Positions 46,317 to 56,923 of a stretch of DNA of 64,000 nt are shown here, piece by piece. Under the pieces are notes generated by a model. That model was given only the letters and a program-made list of their open reading frames with translations, was not told where the DNA came from and made no database searches. Within the stretch, counting starts at the first letter, position 1; each line of letters begins with the position of its first letter. The stretch covers positions 183 to 64,182 of the forward strand of contig DATAXD010000011.1 in the NCBI GenBank assembly GCA_036266835.1, written 5' to 3'. The DNA comes from Galbitalea sp. (GTDB taxonomy: Bacteria > Actinomycetota > Actinomycetes > Actinomycetales > Microbacteriaceae). The translations under genes and the position numbers were made by a program.

Positions 46317-49300
46317 CTACGAGATGAGCGCCTTGGCGATGCGCTGCGTGGAGACGGTTTCGGAGGTGCCGAGGTGCTGGGCGAACAGCGAAACGCGGAG
46401 TTCCTCGAGCATCCAGCGAACGCGCACGAGCCGCTCGGGGGTGTGCGGGGCGAGCGGGATCCGTCCACCCGCGGCGACATAGCTCGCCGTCGATGACTGC
46501 ACGGTCGCCATCCAGGTGCGATCGCGGGCGAGTTCGGTGGGCAGCTTCTCGATGCGACTGGTGATACCGGCGAGGTAGCGAGGCACGTGCCGGAGCTGCG
46601 CGACACCAGTGCTCGAAATGAAACCGGGGAACACGAGCCCGGCGAGTTGCTCGCGAGCATCCGCCAGCGCCGACACGAGGGCCATGCTCGTTGCAGCACG
46701 GATGGCACGGTCGGCATCCCGCGCCGCCTCGAGCACTCGACTGACCATCGCGACAGTCGAATACAGCGAATCCATCAGACCCGCGGAGACCTCGAGCCTC
46801 GTCGCCTCGAATTCGGCACGGGTCCAGATCAGTCCATCGGATGCTCGTGCCCGAATCGCAGCATCCACGCACGCGACGAGGCAGTCGTCGAACAGTGCCT
46901 GCACGTTCTGGTACGGACTCGTCGCCAGCAGGAGTTTCTCGTTCTGGCTGAGGTGCTCGCGAACATAGCTGAGCGGCGACGGCGTCGCCAGAAGCACGAG
47001 ACGGCGAACGCCTAACGGCAGTTCGCGCGCCTGATCGGCCGCGGTCGACATCAGCGTGATCGAAACGGAGCTGCCGTTGTCCACCAGCGCCGGATAGGCA
47101 CGGATGGTCGTGCCACCCTGTCTCGTGTCGATGACCTTCGGCAACTCATCGAAGTCCCACGCGGTAACGCCCGATCGCTCGATCGCGTGGGGAGTGGACG
47201 CGCTGACTTGTGCCACCGCTTCCCGACCGCGCGTCTTCAGCTTCTGCTGCAGCGATCCCAGATCCTTCGAGCGCGCCACCTCTGTTCCCTTGTCGCCGAT
47301 GACGGCGAACGTCATCCGCAAGTGGGTTGGCAGCCGTTCGGTCTCGAAGTCAGCCGCTTCCATCGGGGTGTAGGTCAGGCGTTGGATCGCGGCCGCCAGG
47401 TATTCGGTGAGCGGGGTCTGCTCGAGCGCATCCGCGTCGGTGGTCGGGAGCTTGGCGATCAGCCGCCGCGCCCAGTCGCCGGCGGGCACAACATTGCGCC
47501 GGATCGCCTTCGGGAGAGTCTTGAGCAGAGCAGTCACGAGTTCTTCGCGCAGCCCCGGCACGAGCCAGTCGAATCCGACCGGTTTCAGCGACGCCAGAAG
47601 AGCCAGCGGCACCCGAACGGTCACGCCGTCATCATCCGCACCGGGCTCGAATCGGTAGTTAAGCTCGAGCGTTTGGTCATCCTGGAGCCATTGCGCGGGG
47701 AACGCCTCCTCATCGATCGTCGTCTCGCCGGCGAGAGTCTCACGCGTCATCGTGAGCAGGTCGGGGCGCGCCAGGCGTTCGGTTCGCCACCAGGATTCGA
47801 ACGCACGAGTGGTCGCGACATCGGCCGGTATTCGCGCGTCGTAAAACTCGAAGATCGCCTCGTCGTCGTAGAGGATGTCGCGGCGGCGCGTTCGTTCCTC
47901 GAGACCCTCGAGTTCGGCGCGGAGCGCGCGATTGTCCCGGTCGAACGCGGTCAGCTTCTTGTCGAGGCGCTCCGAATCCCATTCGCCGTCGACGAGAGCG
48001 TGGCGGATGAAGAGTTCGCGTGCCCAGGCCGCGTCAATGCGAGCGAACTGAACGCGGCGATTGACGACAATCGGAACGCCGTACAGAGTGACCCGCTCGA
48101 TGGCAACAGCGGAGCCCTGCCGCTTCTCCCAGTGCGGCTCGCCGTAAGTGCGTTTCACGAGGTCGCCGGCGATCGGTTCGGCCCAGCCCGGATCGATCGC
48201 CGCATTCATCCGCGCGAATAGTCGTGACGTCTCGACGAGTTCGGCGCTCATCACGGCGGCAGGCTGTTTCTTGAAGAGCGCGGAACCGGGGAAGAGCGAG
48301 AAGCGAACCTGACGGGCGCCCTGATAATCGCGCTTAACCTGGTCGCGGATCCCGAGCTGGCTAAGCAGGCCGGCGAGTAGAGACTTATGGATTCCATCCG
48401 GGTTCACGGATGCCTCGCCAACGGTCAGACGTAGCTGCTTCGCGGCACGGGAAAGTTGGCGATTGAGGTCAGCCCACTCGCGGATGCGAAGGAAGTTGAG
48501 ATATTCCGCCTTGCACAGCCGACGAAACTGGTTGCCGCTGAGCTCCTTTTCCTTATCCTTCAGGTAATTCCAGAGGCTGAGCAAGGTGAGAAAGTCGCTC
48601 GTCGGATCGACGAATCGGGCATGCTGCTGATCCGCCTGCGCTCGCTTGTCGAGCGGCCGCTCGCGCGGGTCCTGAAGGGTTAGGCCGGCGGTGATCGCGA
48701 TGACTTCGCGAGTGACACCGTGCTTTCCGGACTCGATGATCATGCGCGCCAGACGCGGGTCGACCGGGAGCTGGGCGAGCTGGCGACCGATTTTGGTGAT
48801 GCGGGGGATTGGTCTCGATACGCCTCGTGCTCCTTCGTCACCCGCGGCTACTCGACCCTCGGTGCGGACGGATACCTCCAGCGCGCCAAGCTCCCCGAGC
48901 AGGTCCAGACCATCCTTGATGCCCCGAGAATCCGGTGGCTGCAGAAACGGGAAGTCCTCGATGGCGCCGAGTCCGAGTGAGATCATCTGCAGGATGACCG
49001 CCGCGAGATTCGTGCGCAGGATTTCCGGTTCGGTGAAATCCGGACGGCGAAGGAACTCTTCTTCCGAATACAGCCGGATCGCGACGCCATCGCTCGTGCG
49101 TCCGCTTCGACCGGAGCGCTGGTTTGCGGATGCCTGGCTGATCGCCTCGATCGGCAGCCTCTGGATCTTCGCCCGCGTCGAGTAGCGACTAACGCGCGCG
49201 GTCCCGGCATCGATGACGTACCGGATGCCGGGAACGGTCAGGCTGGTCTCGGCGACATTCGTCGCGAGCACGATGCGGCGACGGATCCCCGGACTCGACG

Positions 49301-50213
49301 ACGGTTGGAACACCCGATGCTGGTCGGCCGCGCTCAGCCGTCCGTAGAGGGGCAAAACCTCGGTGTCGCCGCGAATCGAGCCTGCCCGAATGCGTCCCCG
49401 GATCGCATCCTCGGCATCCCGGATTTCCGATTCACCGCTCAGAAAGACCAGCACATCGCCCGGCGCCTCCGCCGCGAGCTCATCGAGCGCGGCGGTGATG
49501 CCCTCCAGGTAGTCGCGATCGACTCTCGCTCCGGCGCGAGAATCGACGTCGTCATCGGCGTCATCCGTTCCGTCGGGATCGGCAACCAGGGGCCGGTACC
49601 GGATCTCGACCGGGTAGGTGCGACCGCTGACCTCGACGATCGGTGCTCCGACACCCCGCGCATCCGAAAAGTGCCGTGAGAAGCTTTCGGGGTCGATCGT
49701 CGCGCTCGTGATGATGACCTTGAGGTCCGGCCGCTGGGGAAGGAGCTGCCTGAGATACCCGAGCAGGAAGTCGATAGTAAGGCTGCGCTCGTGCGCCTCG
49801 TCGATGATGATCGTGTCGTACTTCTTTAGCAGCCGATCACGATGGATCTCATTCAGCAGGATCCCGTCGGTCATCAGCTTGATCCGGGTGCGCGGTCCAA
49901 CCCGATCGGTGAATCGCACCTGGTAGCCCACGAGGCCGCCGAGTTCGCTGCCGAGTTCCTCGGCAATGCGCTCGGCGATTGTTCGTGCGGCGATCCGTCG
50001 AGGTTGAGTGTGGCCAATGCTCGTGCGCCCGAGTTCGAGACAAATCTTTGGCAGCTGTGTCGTTTTGCCCGACCCGGTCGCGCCAGCCACGATGACGACC
50101 TGGTTTTCCGCGATTGCGCGCGCGATGTCCTCGCGGCGCTGGCTTACCGGCAGCTCCGGAGGGTAGTGGATGATCGGGTCGATCATCGGGGTCGCGTCCG
50201 ACATAGCCTTCAA
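46317..50213 (-). CDS. hrpA: ATP-dependent RNA helicase HrpA (DEAH-box)
   Basis: GATGSGKTTQLPK, DEAHERS, HA2/OB region and long C-terminal domain. 1298 aa. Confidence 0.95.
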   Translation of the reverse strand: MKAMSDATPMIDPIIHYPPELPVSQRREDIARAIAENQVVIVAGATGSGKTTQLPKICLELGRTSIGHTQPRRIAARTIAERIAEELGSELGGLVGYQVRFTDRVGPRTRIKLMTDGILLNEIHRDRLLKKYDTIIIDEAHERSLTIDFLLGYLRQLLPQRPDLKVIITSATIDPESFSRHFSDARGVGAPIVEVSGRTYPVEIRYRPLVADPDGTDDADDDVDSRAGARVDRDYLEGITAALDELAAEAPGDVLVFLSGESEIRDAEDAIRGRIRAGSIRGDTEVLPLYGRLSAADQHRVFQPSSSPGIRRRIVLATNVAETSLTVPGIRYVIDAGTARVSRYSTRAKIQRLPIEAISQASANQRSGRSGRTSDGVAIRLYSEEEFLRRPDFTEPEILRTNLAAVILQMISLGLGAIEDFPFLQPPDSRGIKDGLDLLGELGALEVSVRTEGRVAAGDEGARGVSRPIPRITKIGRQLAQLPVDPRLARMIIESGKHGVTREVIAITAGLTLQDPRERPLDKRAQADQQHARFVDPTSDFLTLLSLWNYLKDKEKELSGNQFRRLCKAEYLNFLRIREWADLNRQLSRAAKQLRLTVGEASVNPDGIHKSLLAGLLSQLGIRDQVKRDYQGARQVRFSLFPGSALFKKQPAAVMSAELVETSRLFARMNAAIDPGWAEPIAGDLVKRTYGEPHWEKRQGSAVAIERVTLYGVPIVVNRRVQFARIDAAWARELFIRHALVDGEWDSERLDKKLTAFDRDNRALRAELEGLEERTRRRDILYDDEAIFEFYDARIPADVATTRAFESWWRTERLARPDLLTMTRETLAGETTIDEEAFPAQWLQDDQTLELNYRFEPGADDDGVTVRVPLALLASLKPVGFDWLVPGLREELVTALLKTLPKAIRRNVVPAGDWARRLIAKLPTTDADALEQTPLTEYLAAAIQRLTYTPMEAADFETERLPTHLRMTFAVIGDKGTEVARSKDLGSLQQKLKTRGREAVAQVSASTPHAIERSGVTAWDFDELPKVIDTRQGGTTIRAYPALVDNGSSVSITLMSTAADQARELPLGVRRLVLLATPSPLSYVREHLSQNEKLLLATSPYQNVQALFDDCLVACVDAAIRARASDGLIWTRAEFEATRLEVSAGLMDSLYSTVAMVSRVLEAARDADRAIRAATSMALVSALADAREQLAGLVFPGFISSTGVAQLRHVPRYLAGITSRIEKLPTELARDRTWMATVQSSTASYVAAGGRIPLAPHTPERLVRVRWMLEELRVSLFAQHLGTSETVSTQRIAKALIS

Positions 50214-50352
50214 TCGTATTGCGAGGTGTAGCGGCGTATTGCGAGCTGTCGCGGGCAGCGGTCATTCCTTCCCAGCCCGAGCAGCGAAGCCGGCGTGCAC
50301 GTGGAGACACAACGGGGAGCGCCGGGACGAGCCGCGGGTGCAGCATTGTCAG

Positions 50353-51351
50353 ATGCGCTTCGTACCCCTCTTACTCGTCCTCGGCGCGTCGCTTGCGCTC
50401 GCCGGATGCGCGGTCACGCCGAGCACGCCCGGCGAGTTCTCGCTGGTGCAGTATCCGGCGGCGGGGTTTCACGGTCTCTATGCGCAGACCGCCGCCGCAC
50501 GCACGTCGATCGACATGGAGATGTACGAACTGGACGACCCGCTGGAAATCGCTGCGTTGATCGCTGCCGAGCATCGGGGCGTGTCTGTTCGGGTGCTGCT
50601 GGATTCGGCTTTCGAGGTTCGAGCGAGCAACGAGCCCGCGTTCGCGGCGCTGAAGGCGGGAGGCGTCGCGGTGAAGTTTGCGACCTCGTCCACGATCTTC
50701 CACATCAAGACGACGACGTTCGACGACGAGACCTCCGACATCTCGACCGCGAACCTCACGCCGCAGTACTACTCGACGACGAGGGATGCGACGATCGTCG
50801 ACAGCTACCCGGTGCAGGTCAAGGCGATCGTCGGCACCTTCGACAACGACTGGAACGGCGAGGATCCCGCCAGCGACGAAGCGAACGCTCCAGGTCTCGT
50901 CTGGTCACCCGATGCGGAATCGACCATGGTGCACGAGATCAACTCGGCGCAGTCGAGCGTCGACTTCACCAGCGAAGAGCTCTCCGATCCGTACGTCTAT
51001 GACGCTCTGGCCACAGTCGCGCAGCGAGGCGTGCGCTGCCGGGTCGTCATGATGGATGATCCCGAGTGGGCAAAGGCTTTTGGGGCAGTCACCGGGGCGG
51101 GCTGTGTCGTTCACGTGCTTCCGGACACCAAGACCGGGCTGTACATGCACGAGAAACTGATCGTCGTCGACGCGGGAACGTCCAACGCCACGGCGATGAT
51201 CGGCTCTCAGAATGCGTCGTACTCGAGCCTGAGCTTCGATCGCGAGCTGTCGATCATTCTCACCGGCTCACAAGCTCCATCGGTCGTGGACTCGCTGACC
51301 AGGACGTTCGAGTCGGACTTCGATGTAGCCACTCGCTGGCCAGCGGGCTAG
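50353..51351 (+). CDS. Phospholipase D-like (two HKD motifs) lipoprotein
   Basis: Lipobox SLALAGCAV. HIKTTTFD and HEKLIVVD both fit H-x-K-x4-D. ATG 50353 is chosen. Confidence 0.8.
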   Translation: MRFVPLLLVLGASLALAGCAVTPSTPGEFSLVQYPAAGFHGLYAQTAAARTSIDMEMYELDDPLEIAALIAAEHRGVSVRVLLDSAFEVRASNEPAFAALKAGGVAVKFATSSTIFHIKTTTFDDETSDISTANLTPQYYSTTRDATIVDSYPVQVKAIVGTFDNDWNGEDPASDEANAPGLVWSPDAESTMVHEINSAQSSVDFTSEELSDPYVYDALATVAQRGVRCRVVMMDDPEWAKAFGAVTGAGCVVHVLPDTKTGLYMHEKLIVVDAGTSNATAMIGSQNASYSSLSFDRELSIILTGSQAPSVVDSLTRTFESDFDVATRWPAG

Positions 51352-51434
51352 CGGGCCGACGAACCACGGGGCCAACAAGCTAGCCGACGGAAGCGCTCAG
51401 GGCTCAGGCCTGTCCCCGACATAGGCTTCAGCGT

Positions 51435-53315
51435 ATGGCGAACCGTCTTCGGCGTGCCGTGAGCCCCTACCTCCGGTCGCACGCCGACAACCCCGTCGAC
51501 TGGCAGCCGTGGGGGAGTGAGCCATTTGCCGAGGCGCAGTCGCGGCAGGTTCCGGTGCTCATCTCGATCGGATACTCGACGTGCCACTGGTGCCATGTGA
51601 TGGCGCGCGAGAGCTTCAGTAACCCCGCTCTGGCCGCCTATCTGAATGCGAATTTCGTGAGCATCAAGGTCGACCGAGAAGAACATCCGGATGTCGACTC
51701 GACCTACCTCGCGGCCGCGGGTGCCTTTACCGACCAGCTCGGCTGGCCCCTCACCGTATTCGCGACACCCGAGGGCCGCGCGTTCTATGCGGGCACCTAC
51801 TTCCCGCCGGTGGAGACGCACGGGCTGCCGTCGTTTCGCGCAGTTCTAGAAGCGATGGTCGAAGCGTGGACCGAGCGCCGCGACGACATCGAAGATGTCG
51901 CCGGTCGACTCGCTACGGCAATAACTTCTACGGCAGTCGACTCGGCTGCGCCAGTCGGCTCCGGTGCGCGAGCCGGCTCCGACATCGCGTCCGAATCCGG
52001 TGAAGCACAACTACCGCGGGATCGCGACTTCGACACCCTCGTTGACGACCTACTCGACCACGAGGACAACGAGTTCGGCGGCTTCGGGGGTGCGCCTAAA
52101 TTTCCGGTCGCCCCGGTCATCGGATTTCTTCTGGATCGGGCCGATGCCGGCGACGATCGCGCCGGAAGTCTCGCGGCTCGTACGCTGGCAGCAATGTCCG
52201 CGTCGCCGCTGCGGGATCCGGTCGAGGGCGGCTTCTTCCGGTACGCGACGAAGCGCGACTGGAGCGATCCGCATTACGAGCGGATGCTGTACGACAACGC
52301 ACTGCTGCTCGGTTGCTACGCACGAATCGGCGATCAGGCGACTGCAGAGGGCATCGCATCCTTTCTCCTCACGACTCTCCGACTGCCGTCCGGCGGTTTT
52401 GCTTCCGCCCAGGACAGCGAAAGCACCGTTGACGGAAAACGCGTTGAGGGTGGCTACTACCTGCTGGATGCCGCTGCTCGATCCCGGCAGGAATCTCCCG
52501 CGCTCGACGAAAAAGTGCTCACCGGATGGAACGGCCTGGCGATCGCCGCGCTGGCTTCCGCCGGTGCGCGACTGGCCCATCGCGACTGGATCGACGCCGC
52601 GGCAGCTGCCGCGAAGCTCGTGTCGAGCGGCGACCTGGTGAGAGCCCGAATCGACTCGCGGATCTCGAGCGCCAGGGCAACCCTCGAGGACTTCGGGATG
52701 CTCGCCTGCGGACTCATCGAACTGGCGCTGGCGACGGGCGAGGCTCGATACGCTGTGCGCGCTCGCGAACTCGTCGCCTCGACGATAACGTCACGCGGTT
52801 TCGGCGTTCCCGGCGGCGGGGATCCGGTCCTTAATGCCCATGGCCTTCTTCTCCCGAGCGATCCGAGCGAGGGCGCCTACCCGAGTGGCATCAGTTCGAT
52901 TGCGACGGCCGCTGTCCGGCTGGCTCGTCTCGGCGCGGATGGCGCTCAGTCGTCGGCGTTTGCAACGAGTGCGCGGACGGCGATGGCAGCGATCGCTCCG
53001 CTGGTCCTCGAGCGTCCGATCGCGTTTGGGGGTGCACTCGGGGCGCTTTCGTTACTCGCCTCGACGGATCGCGCGCTGGTGGTCGTGACGGATGCCCCAG
53101 CCGGTCCGCTCGCGAGCAGCGCGCGAAGCTGGCGCCGCGGTCTCGTCGCGATCGTGTCGCTCGAGCAGTCACGAGCGTTTGCCGACGCGGGCTTCGACTT
53201 GTTCGCCGAGCGGAGCCTTCAAGGCGGCCAGCCGACGGCGTACCTGTGCGAAAACTTCGTCTGCCAGCTGCCGGTTACTGATGTCGCCGCGCTGGATGCT
53301 CTACTCGCCGGTTAG
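51435..53315 (+). CDS. Thioredoxin-domain (DUF255/YyaL-like) protein
   Basis: [16 protein letters not shown]...[18 protein letters not shown], then an alpha/alpha-barrel-like C-terminus. Confidence 0.85.
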   Translation: MANRLRRAVSPYLRSHADNPVDWQPWGSEPFAEAQSRQVPVLISIGYSTCHWCHVMARESFSNPALAAYLNANFVSIKVDREEHPDVDSTYLAAAGAFTDQLGWPLTVFATPEGRAFYAGTYFPPVETHGLPSFRAVLEAMVEAWTERRDDIEDVAGRLATAITSTAVDSAAPVGSGARAGSDIASESGEAQLPRDRDFDTLVDDLLDHEDNEFGGFGGAPKFPVAPVIGFLLDRADAGDDRAGSLAARTLAAMSASPLRDPVEGGFFRYATKRDWSDPHYERMLYDNALLLGCYARIGDQATAEGIASFLLTTLRLPSGGFASAQDSESTVDGKRVEGGYYLLDAAARSRQESPALDEKVLTGWNGLAIAALASAGARLAHRDWIDAAAAAAKLVSSGDLVRARIDSRISSARATLEDFGMLACGLIELALATGEARYAVRARELVASTITSRGFGVPGGGDPVLNAHGLLLPSDPSEGAYPSGISSIATAAVRLARLGADGAQSSAFATSARTAMAAIAPLVLERPIAFGGALGALSLLASTDRALVVVTDAPAGPLASSARSWRRGLVAIVSLEQSRAFADAGFDLFAERSLQGGQPTAYLCENFVCQLPVTDVAALDALLAG

Positions 53316-54187
53316 CCGGCCAGGTTCACGACCGGAAGCAGCTCATCCGCGGTCCACTCGATGAGCGAGCCATCGTAGATCGCCACGTTCTCGTGGCCGA
53401 GAAGAGTAAGGGCGAAGGCATCCGCGGAGGCCGCAATTCCCGCCGCGCAGTACGTCACGATCCGCTCCTCGTTCACGACGGGTTCGAAAGCGACACGAAG
53501 CGCTGCCTCCGAAATGACCGCGTTGTTCTCGCGGTCGACCAGTCGACCCGCGGGTACGTTGATGCTTCCTGGGATGTGGCCTCGGCGAGCCCGCGCACCC
53601 TGTTCGCCGCTGAATTCGGCGGGCGGAAGACCGCAGACGAGTGCTCCCTTCTCGCTGCCGTTCACAATCGCCTCGATGTCGGCCCGAGTCGCCCAGAGCT
53701 CCGGCCGTTCGGTTGCCACGAACGTCGCGGGTGTTGGTTCGCGGTGTCCGACATCCGTTGGTCTGCGCTCGGCCAGCCACTTGGTGTAGCCGCCATCCAG
53801 AACGGCCACCCGGTCGTAGCCGAACGCGCGGAACAGCCACCACAGTCGAGAAGCCCACTGTCCAACCGATTCGTCGTAGATGACAATCGTTGTTTCGTTG
53901 TCGATTCCGAGTGACCCAGCCGCAACCGCAAAGGCGTCCGCGTTCGGGTGGGTGAACGGCAGTTTGGCGGATGGGTCGGAGAACTCGTCGATCAGATCCG
54001 CGAAGAGGGCGCCGGGGATGTGCCCTTCGACGAGGTACTTCTCGTGGCCGCTCAGAAATCCCGGCCGTCCGTTCGGGGCGGCATACGGAATGACCGTTGC
54101 GTCAAGCACGACGAGATTGTCGCTCCCCAGGTAGTCGGCGAGCCACTGGGTCGAAACGAGCTGCGAACTGAGGACGTGTGCGGTCAT
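53312..54187 (-). CDS. sseA: Rhodanese-domain sulfurtransferase (thiosulfate/3-mercaptopyruvate type)
   Basis: Two rhodanese repeats with active-site loop [11 protein letters not shown]. Confidence 0.85.
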   Translation of the reverse strand: MTAHVLSSQLVSTQWLADYLGSDNLVVLDATVIPYAAPNGRPGFLSGHEKYLVEGHIPGALFADLIDEFSDPSAKLPFTHPNADAFAVAAGSLGIDNETTIVIYDESVGQWASRLWWLFRAFGYDRVAVLDGGYTKWLAERRPTDVGHREPTPATFVATERPELWATRADIEAIVNGSEKGALVCGLPPAEFSGEQGARARRGHIPGSINVPAGRLVDRENNAVISEAALRVAFEPVVNEERIVTYCAAGIAASADAFALTLLGHENVAIYDGSLIEWTADELLPVVNLAG

Positions 54188-54285
54188 GGGGCCAAGGCTA
54201 ATTAGACGTTTCGTCCCGCGTGCGAACCAACGAAACCTGCCGTAATCAAATGCCTCGGTGGAGCACCCTCGTACACTTGGCGTTC

Positions 54286-54816
54286 ATGAATCGACTCCCG
54301 CTCGCGGTCGCGCTTGTCACGGCCATTGTCGCGGCACCGCTGTTGCTTGGCGGCTGTTCGCTGGTCGACGAGGCGCTGCGCGGCTCGCAGTCGGCGAGTC
54401 ATCCGCCGGCCAACGCAGGAATAGCCCCCGATCGTGTCGGATGCGTCGAGGGAACCGCGATCTACACCCAAACGAGCTCACGCAACGTGCTGACCACGAC
54501 CTGCGCCACCGTCACGGTTTCCGGCAACGGCATTTCGCTCACCGCTGCCAACGTCACGCATCTGACGCTCTCCGGGAACAACATCACCGCCGGAGTAGCC
54601 GTCGTCGGCGACCTGGTCATCTCGGGTTCGAACGACACCCTGAAGCTGACCGGAGTTGGCCCCGTCACGATCAGCGGGAGCGACGATACGCTCACGGCCA
54701 TCGGATCAATCGGTGATGTGACCGTCGTCGGATCCAACAACACAGTGTCCACCCCGGGCAAGATCGGCACGATCGTGCAGACCGGTCAGGGCAACCACAT
54801 CGGTTCAACGGGTTAG
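54286..54816 (+). CDS. DUF3060 domain lipoprotein
   Basis: Lipobox LLLGGCSL. Repeated V-x-G-S/N-N-x-L/V units typical of DUF3060. Confidence 0.7.
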   Translation: MNRLPLAVALVTAIVAAPLLLGGCSLVDEALRGSQSASHPPANAGIAPDRVGCVEGTAIYTQTSSRNVLTTTCATVTVSGNGISLTAANVTHLTLSGNNITAGVAVVGDLVISGSNDTLKLTGVGPVTISGSDDTLTAIGSIGDVTVVGSNNTVSTPGKIGTIVQTGQGNHIGSTG

Positions 54817-54845
54817 AGCCGAACTACGGCGAAGCTGCAGCGAAA

Positions 54846-54865
54846 CCGCGGCGAAACCGCCGCGG
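54846..54865. terminator. Short GC hairpin between convergent genes
   Basis: CCGCGGCG / AAAC / CGCCGCGG. Confidence 0.35.
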
Positions 54866-54892
54866 ACCGCCAGCCGACCGGAGGTTCGCTGG

Positions 54893-55495
54893 TTAGCGGA
54901 TCGTCTTGCGACTGGTGATCTGGCCGGTATCGAATCCGAGCAGGTGCAGACCACCGTGGAAGCGCGCGTGCTCGATCTTGATGCACCGGTCCATCACGAC
55001 GGTGAGCCCTTTGCTCTCGCCGTAGAGGGCGGCGTCCTGGTTCCAGATTCCCAGCTGCACCCACACGACCGGCTTCTTGCCGTCAGTTTCGCCAAGAGCC
55101 TCGACGTCATCGATGACGGACGGAATGTCGCTGCCCTTTCGGAACACATCCACGATGTCGGGGATCTCAGGAAGTGACGCAAGATCGGGATAGGCCCTCT
55201 GCCCCAGGATCTCGTCGGCCATCGGATTGACGAAGTAAACCCGGTAGTCGCTCGACTGCAGCAGATAGGTGCCGACGAAATAGCTGGCGCGTGCTGAGTT
55301 GGGCGAGGCACCAACGATCGCGATCGACTTCGCGTCGCGCAGGATTCTCAGTCGCTGCTTCGCGTTCGGGCCAATCCAGGTCCGCTGCGATTTGAGCAGC
55401 TTTCCGAGCGGGGAGTCGGCGGGAACCTCGCAGGTGAGTCCGTTCGCGAGCGACACGGTCTCGTTCATCTCCCGGGTCGAGCTTGTCGAAACCAT
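54893..55495 (-). CDS. CoA-binding domain protein (YccU-like) with ~50-aa N-terminal extension
   Basis: SIAIVGASPNSARASYFVGTYL...VDVFRK... fits the CoA_binding_2 pattern. ATG overlaps the metY stop (TGATG). Confidence 0.75.
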   Translation of the reverse strand: MVSTSSTREMNETVSLANGLTCEVPADSPLGKLLKSQRTWIGPNAKQRLRILRDAKSIAIVGASPNSARASYFVGTYLLQSSDYRVYFVNPMADEILGQRAYPDLASLPEIPDIVDVFRKGSDIPSVIDDVEALGETDGKKPVVWVQLGIWNQDAALYGESKGLTVVMDRCIKIEHARFHGGLHLLGFDTGQITSRKTIR

Positions 55496-56832
55496 CAGTT
55501 CCCCTTCAGAGCAGCGGTCAACGCCTGGTCGAGGTCGTAAACAATGTCGTCGGGGTCCTCTATTCCGACACTCAGTCGAACCAGACCGGGGAGCACACCC
55601 GCTTCGGCGAGCTGTTGCTCGGTCAGCTGGGCATGAGTAGTGGATGCCGGATGAATGACGAGGGTCTTTGCGTCACCGATATTCGCGAGGTGACTCGCGA
55701 GGTCAACCGATTCGATGAACCGCTGACCCGCTCCGCGCTCGCTCACCGACGAGGTTGCCTTGATGCCGAACGAGAACACCGAGCCCGGGCCCTTCGGCAG
55801 GTACTTCTTTGCCCGCTCGTGGTGCGGATGCGCCGCAAGTCCGGCCCAGTTCACGAATTCGATGCGCGGGTCGGCATCCAGCCACTCCGCCACGATTCGA
55901 GCGTTGTCGACGTGCGCCTGGATGCGGAACGGCAAGGTTTCGACCCCCTGGGCGAGAAGCCAGGCCGAGTGCGGGGAAAGCGTCGGTCCGATGTCGCGAA
56001 GCTGTTCGGCGCGCAGCCGGGTGAGAAACGCGTACTCGCCGAAGATTCCGTGCCAGTTGAGTCCGCCGTACGCGGGGGTCGGCTCGTCGAACTTGGGGAA
56101 GTGTTCGTTCGCCCAGTGGAATCGACCTCCCTCGACGACGACCCCACCGAGAGTCGTTCCGTGACCGCCCAGAAACTTCGTCGCCGAATGGATGACGACA
56201 TCCGCTCCCCACTCGAGAGGGCGATTGAGGTACGGAGTCGCAATCGTCGAATCGATGATGAGCGGCAGATGATGCGCGTGCGCGACTTCCGCCAACCCTT
56301 CGAGGTCGGCAATTTCTCCGGAAGGATTCGCGATCGTCTCGGCGAAAATCAGTTTCGTCTTGTCGGTAATGGCCGCGGCATAGTCCGCGGGATCGGAGCT
56401 GCGAACAAAGGTTGTATCGACTCCGAATCTGCGCAGTGTCACATCGAGCTGGGTGATCGAACCTCCGTAGAGGTTCGCCGAGGCAACGATGTGGTCGCCG
56501 GCCCCCGCAAGGGACGCGAAAGTGACGAACTGAGCACTGAGACCGCTCGCGGTCGCGACTGCACCGATTCCCCCCTCGAGACTCGCAACGCGCTCCTCGA
56601 AAGCGGCGACGGTCGGATTTGCCAGCCGCGAGTAGATGTTGCCGTACTTCTGGAGTGCGAACCGAGCTGCGGCATCCGCGGTGTCGTCGAAAACGAACGC
56701 ACTCGTCTGGTAGATCGGTAGCGCTCGCGAACCGGTGACCTGATCGGGGATGTTTCCCGCGTGGATCGCGCGGGTTCGAAAACCCCACTCGCGGTCTGTG
56801 CTCGCCGGAGCCGTACTGCCTTGATCTGCCAT
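55495..56832 (-). CDS. metY: O-acetylhomoserine aminocarboxypropyltransferase / sulfhydrylase
   Basis: Cys/Met-metabolism PLP enzyme with VIHSATKFLGGHGTTLGG PLP-lysine motif. ATG 56832 is preferred over GTG 56841. Confidence 0.9.
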   Translation of the reverse strand: MADQGSTAPASTDREWGFRTRAIHAGNIPDQVTGSRALPIYQTSAFVFDDTADAAARFALQKYGNIYSRLANPTVAAFEERVASLEGGIGAVATASGLSAQFVTFASLAGAGDHIVASANLYGGSITQLDVTLRRFGVDTTFVRSSDPADYAAAITDKTKLIFAETIANPSGEIADLEGLAEVAHAHHLPLIIDSTIATPYLNRPLEWGADVVIHSATKFLGGHGTTLGGVVVEGGRFHWANEHFPKFDEPTPAYGGLNWHGIFGEYAFLTRLRAEQLRDIGPTLSPHSAWLLAQGVETLPFRIQAHVDNARIVAEWLDADPRIEFVNWAGLAAHPHHERAKKYLPKGPGSVFSFGIKATSSVSERGAGQRFIESVDLASHLANIGDAKTLVIHPASTTHAQLTEQQLAEAGVLPGLVRLSVGIEDPDDIVYDLDQALTAALKGN

Positions 56833-56923
56833 GCAGATCACGCTACCGCCAGTGCATCACGGCCTCGGCCGGGCCGGTAATAGAGCGTTACCTGACGACT
56901 TCGTAACGCGACGACCGCCGCAG

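Noticed and set aside
46317-51351. HrpA helicase plus PLD-family protein as a candidate defence pair
   Set aside because: HrpA is full-length housekeeping type. The PLD protein has a lipoprotein signal peptide (extracytoplasmic) and is transcribed divergently. Nothing else defence-like is adjacent.
56833-56923. Possible SAM riboswitch (SAM-IV-type) in the metY leader
   Set aside because: Only about 91 nt are available. The minus-strand RNA shows small hairpins but nothing resembling the remembered SAM-IV core (…AUGAGUGCCAGCG…GGCAACCC…). A covariance-model scan would be needed to be sure.
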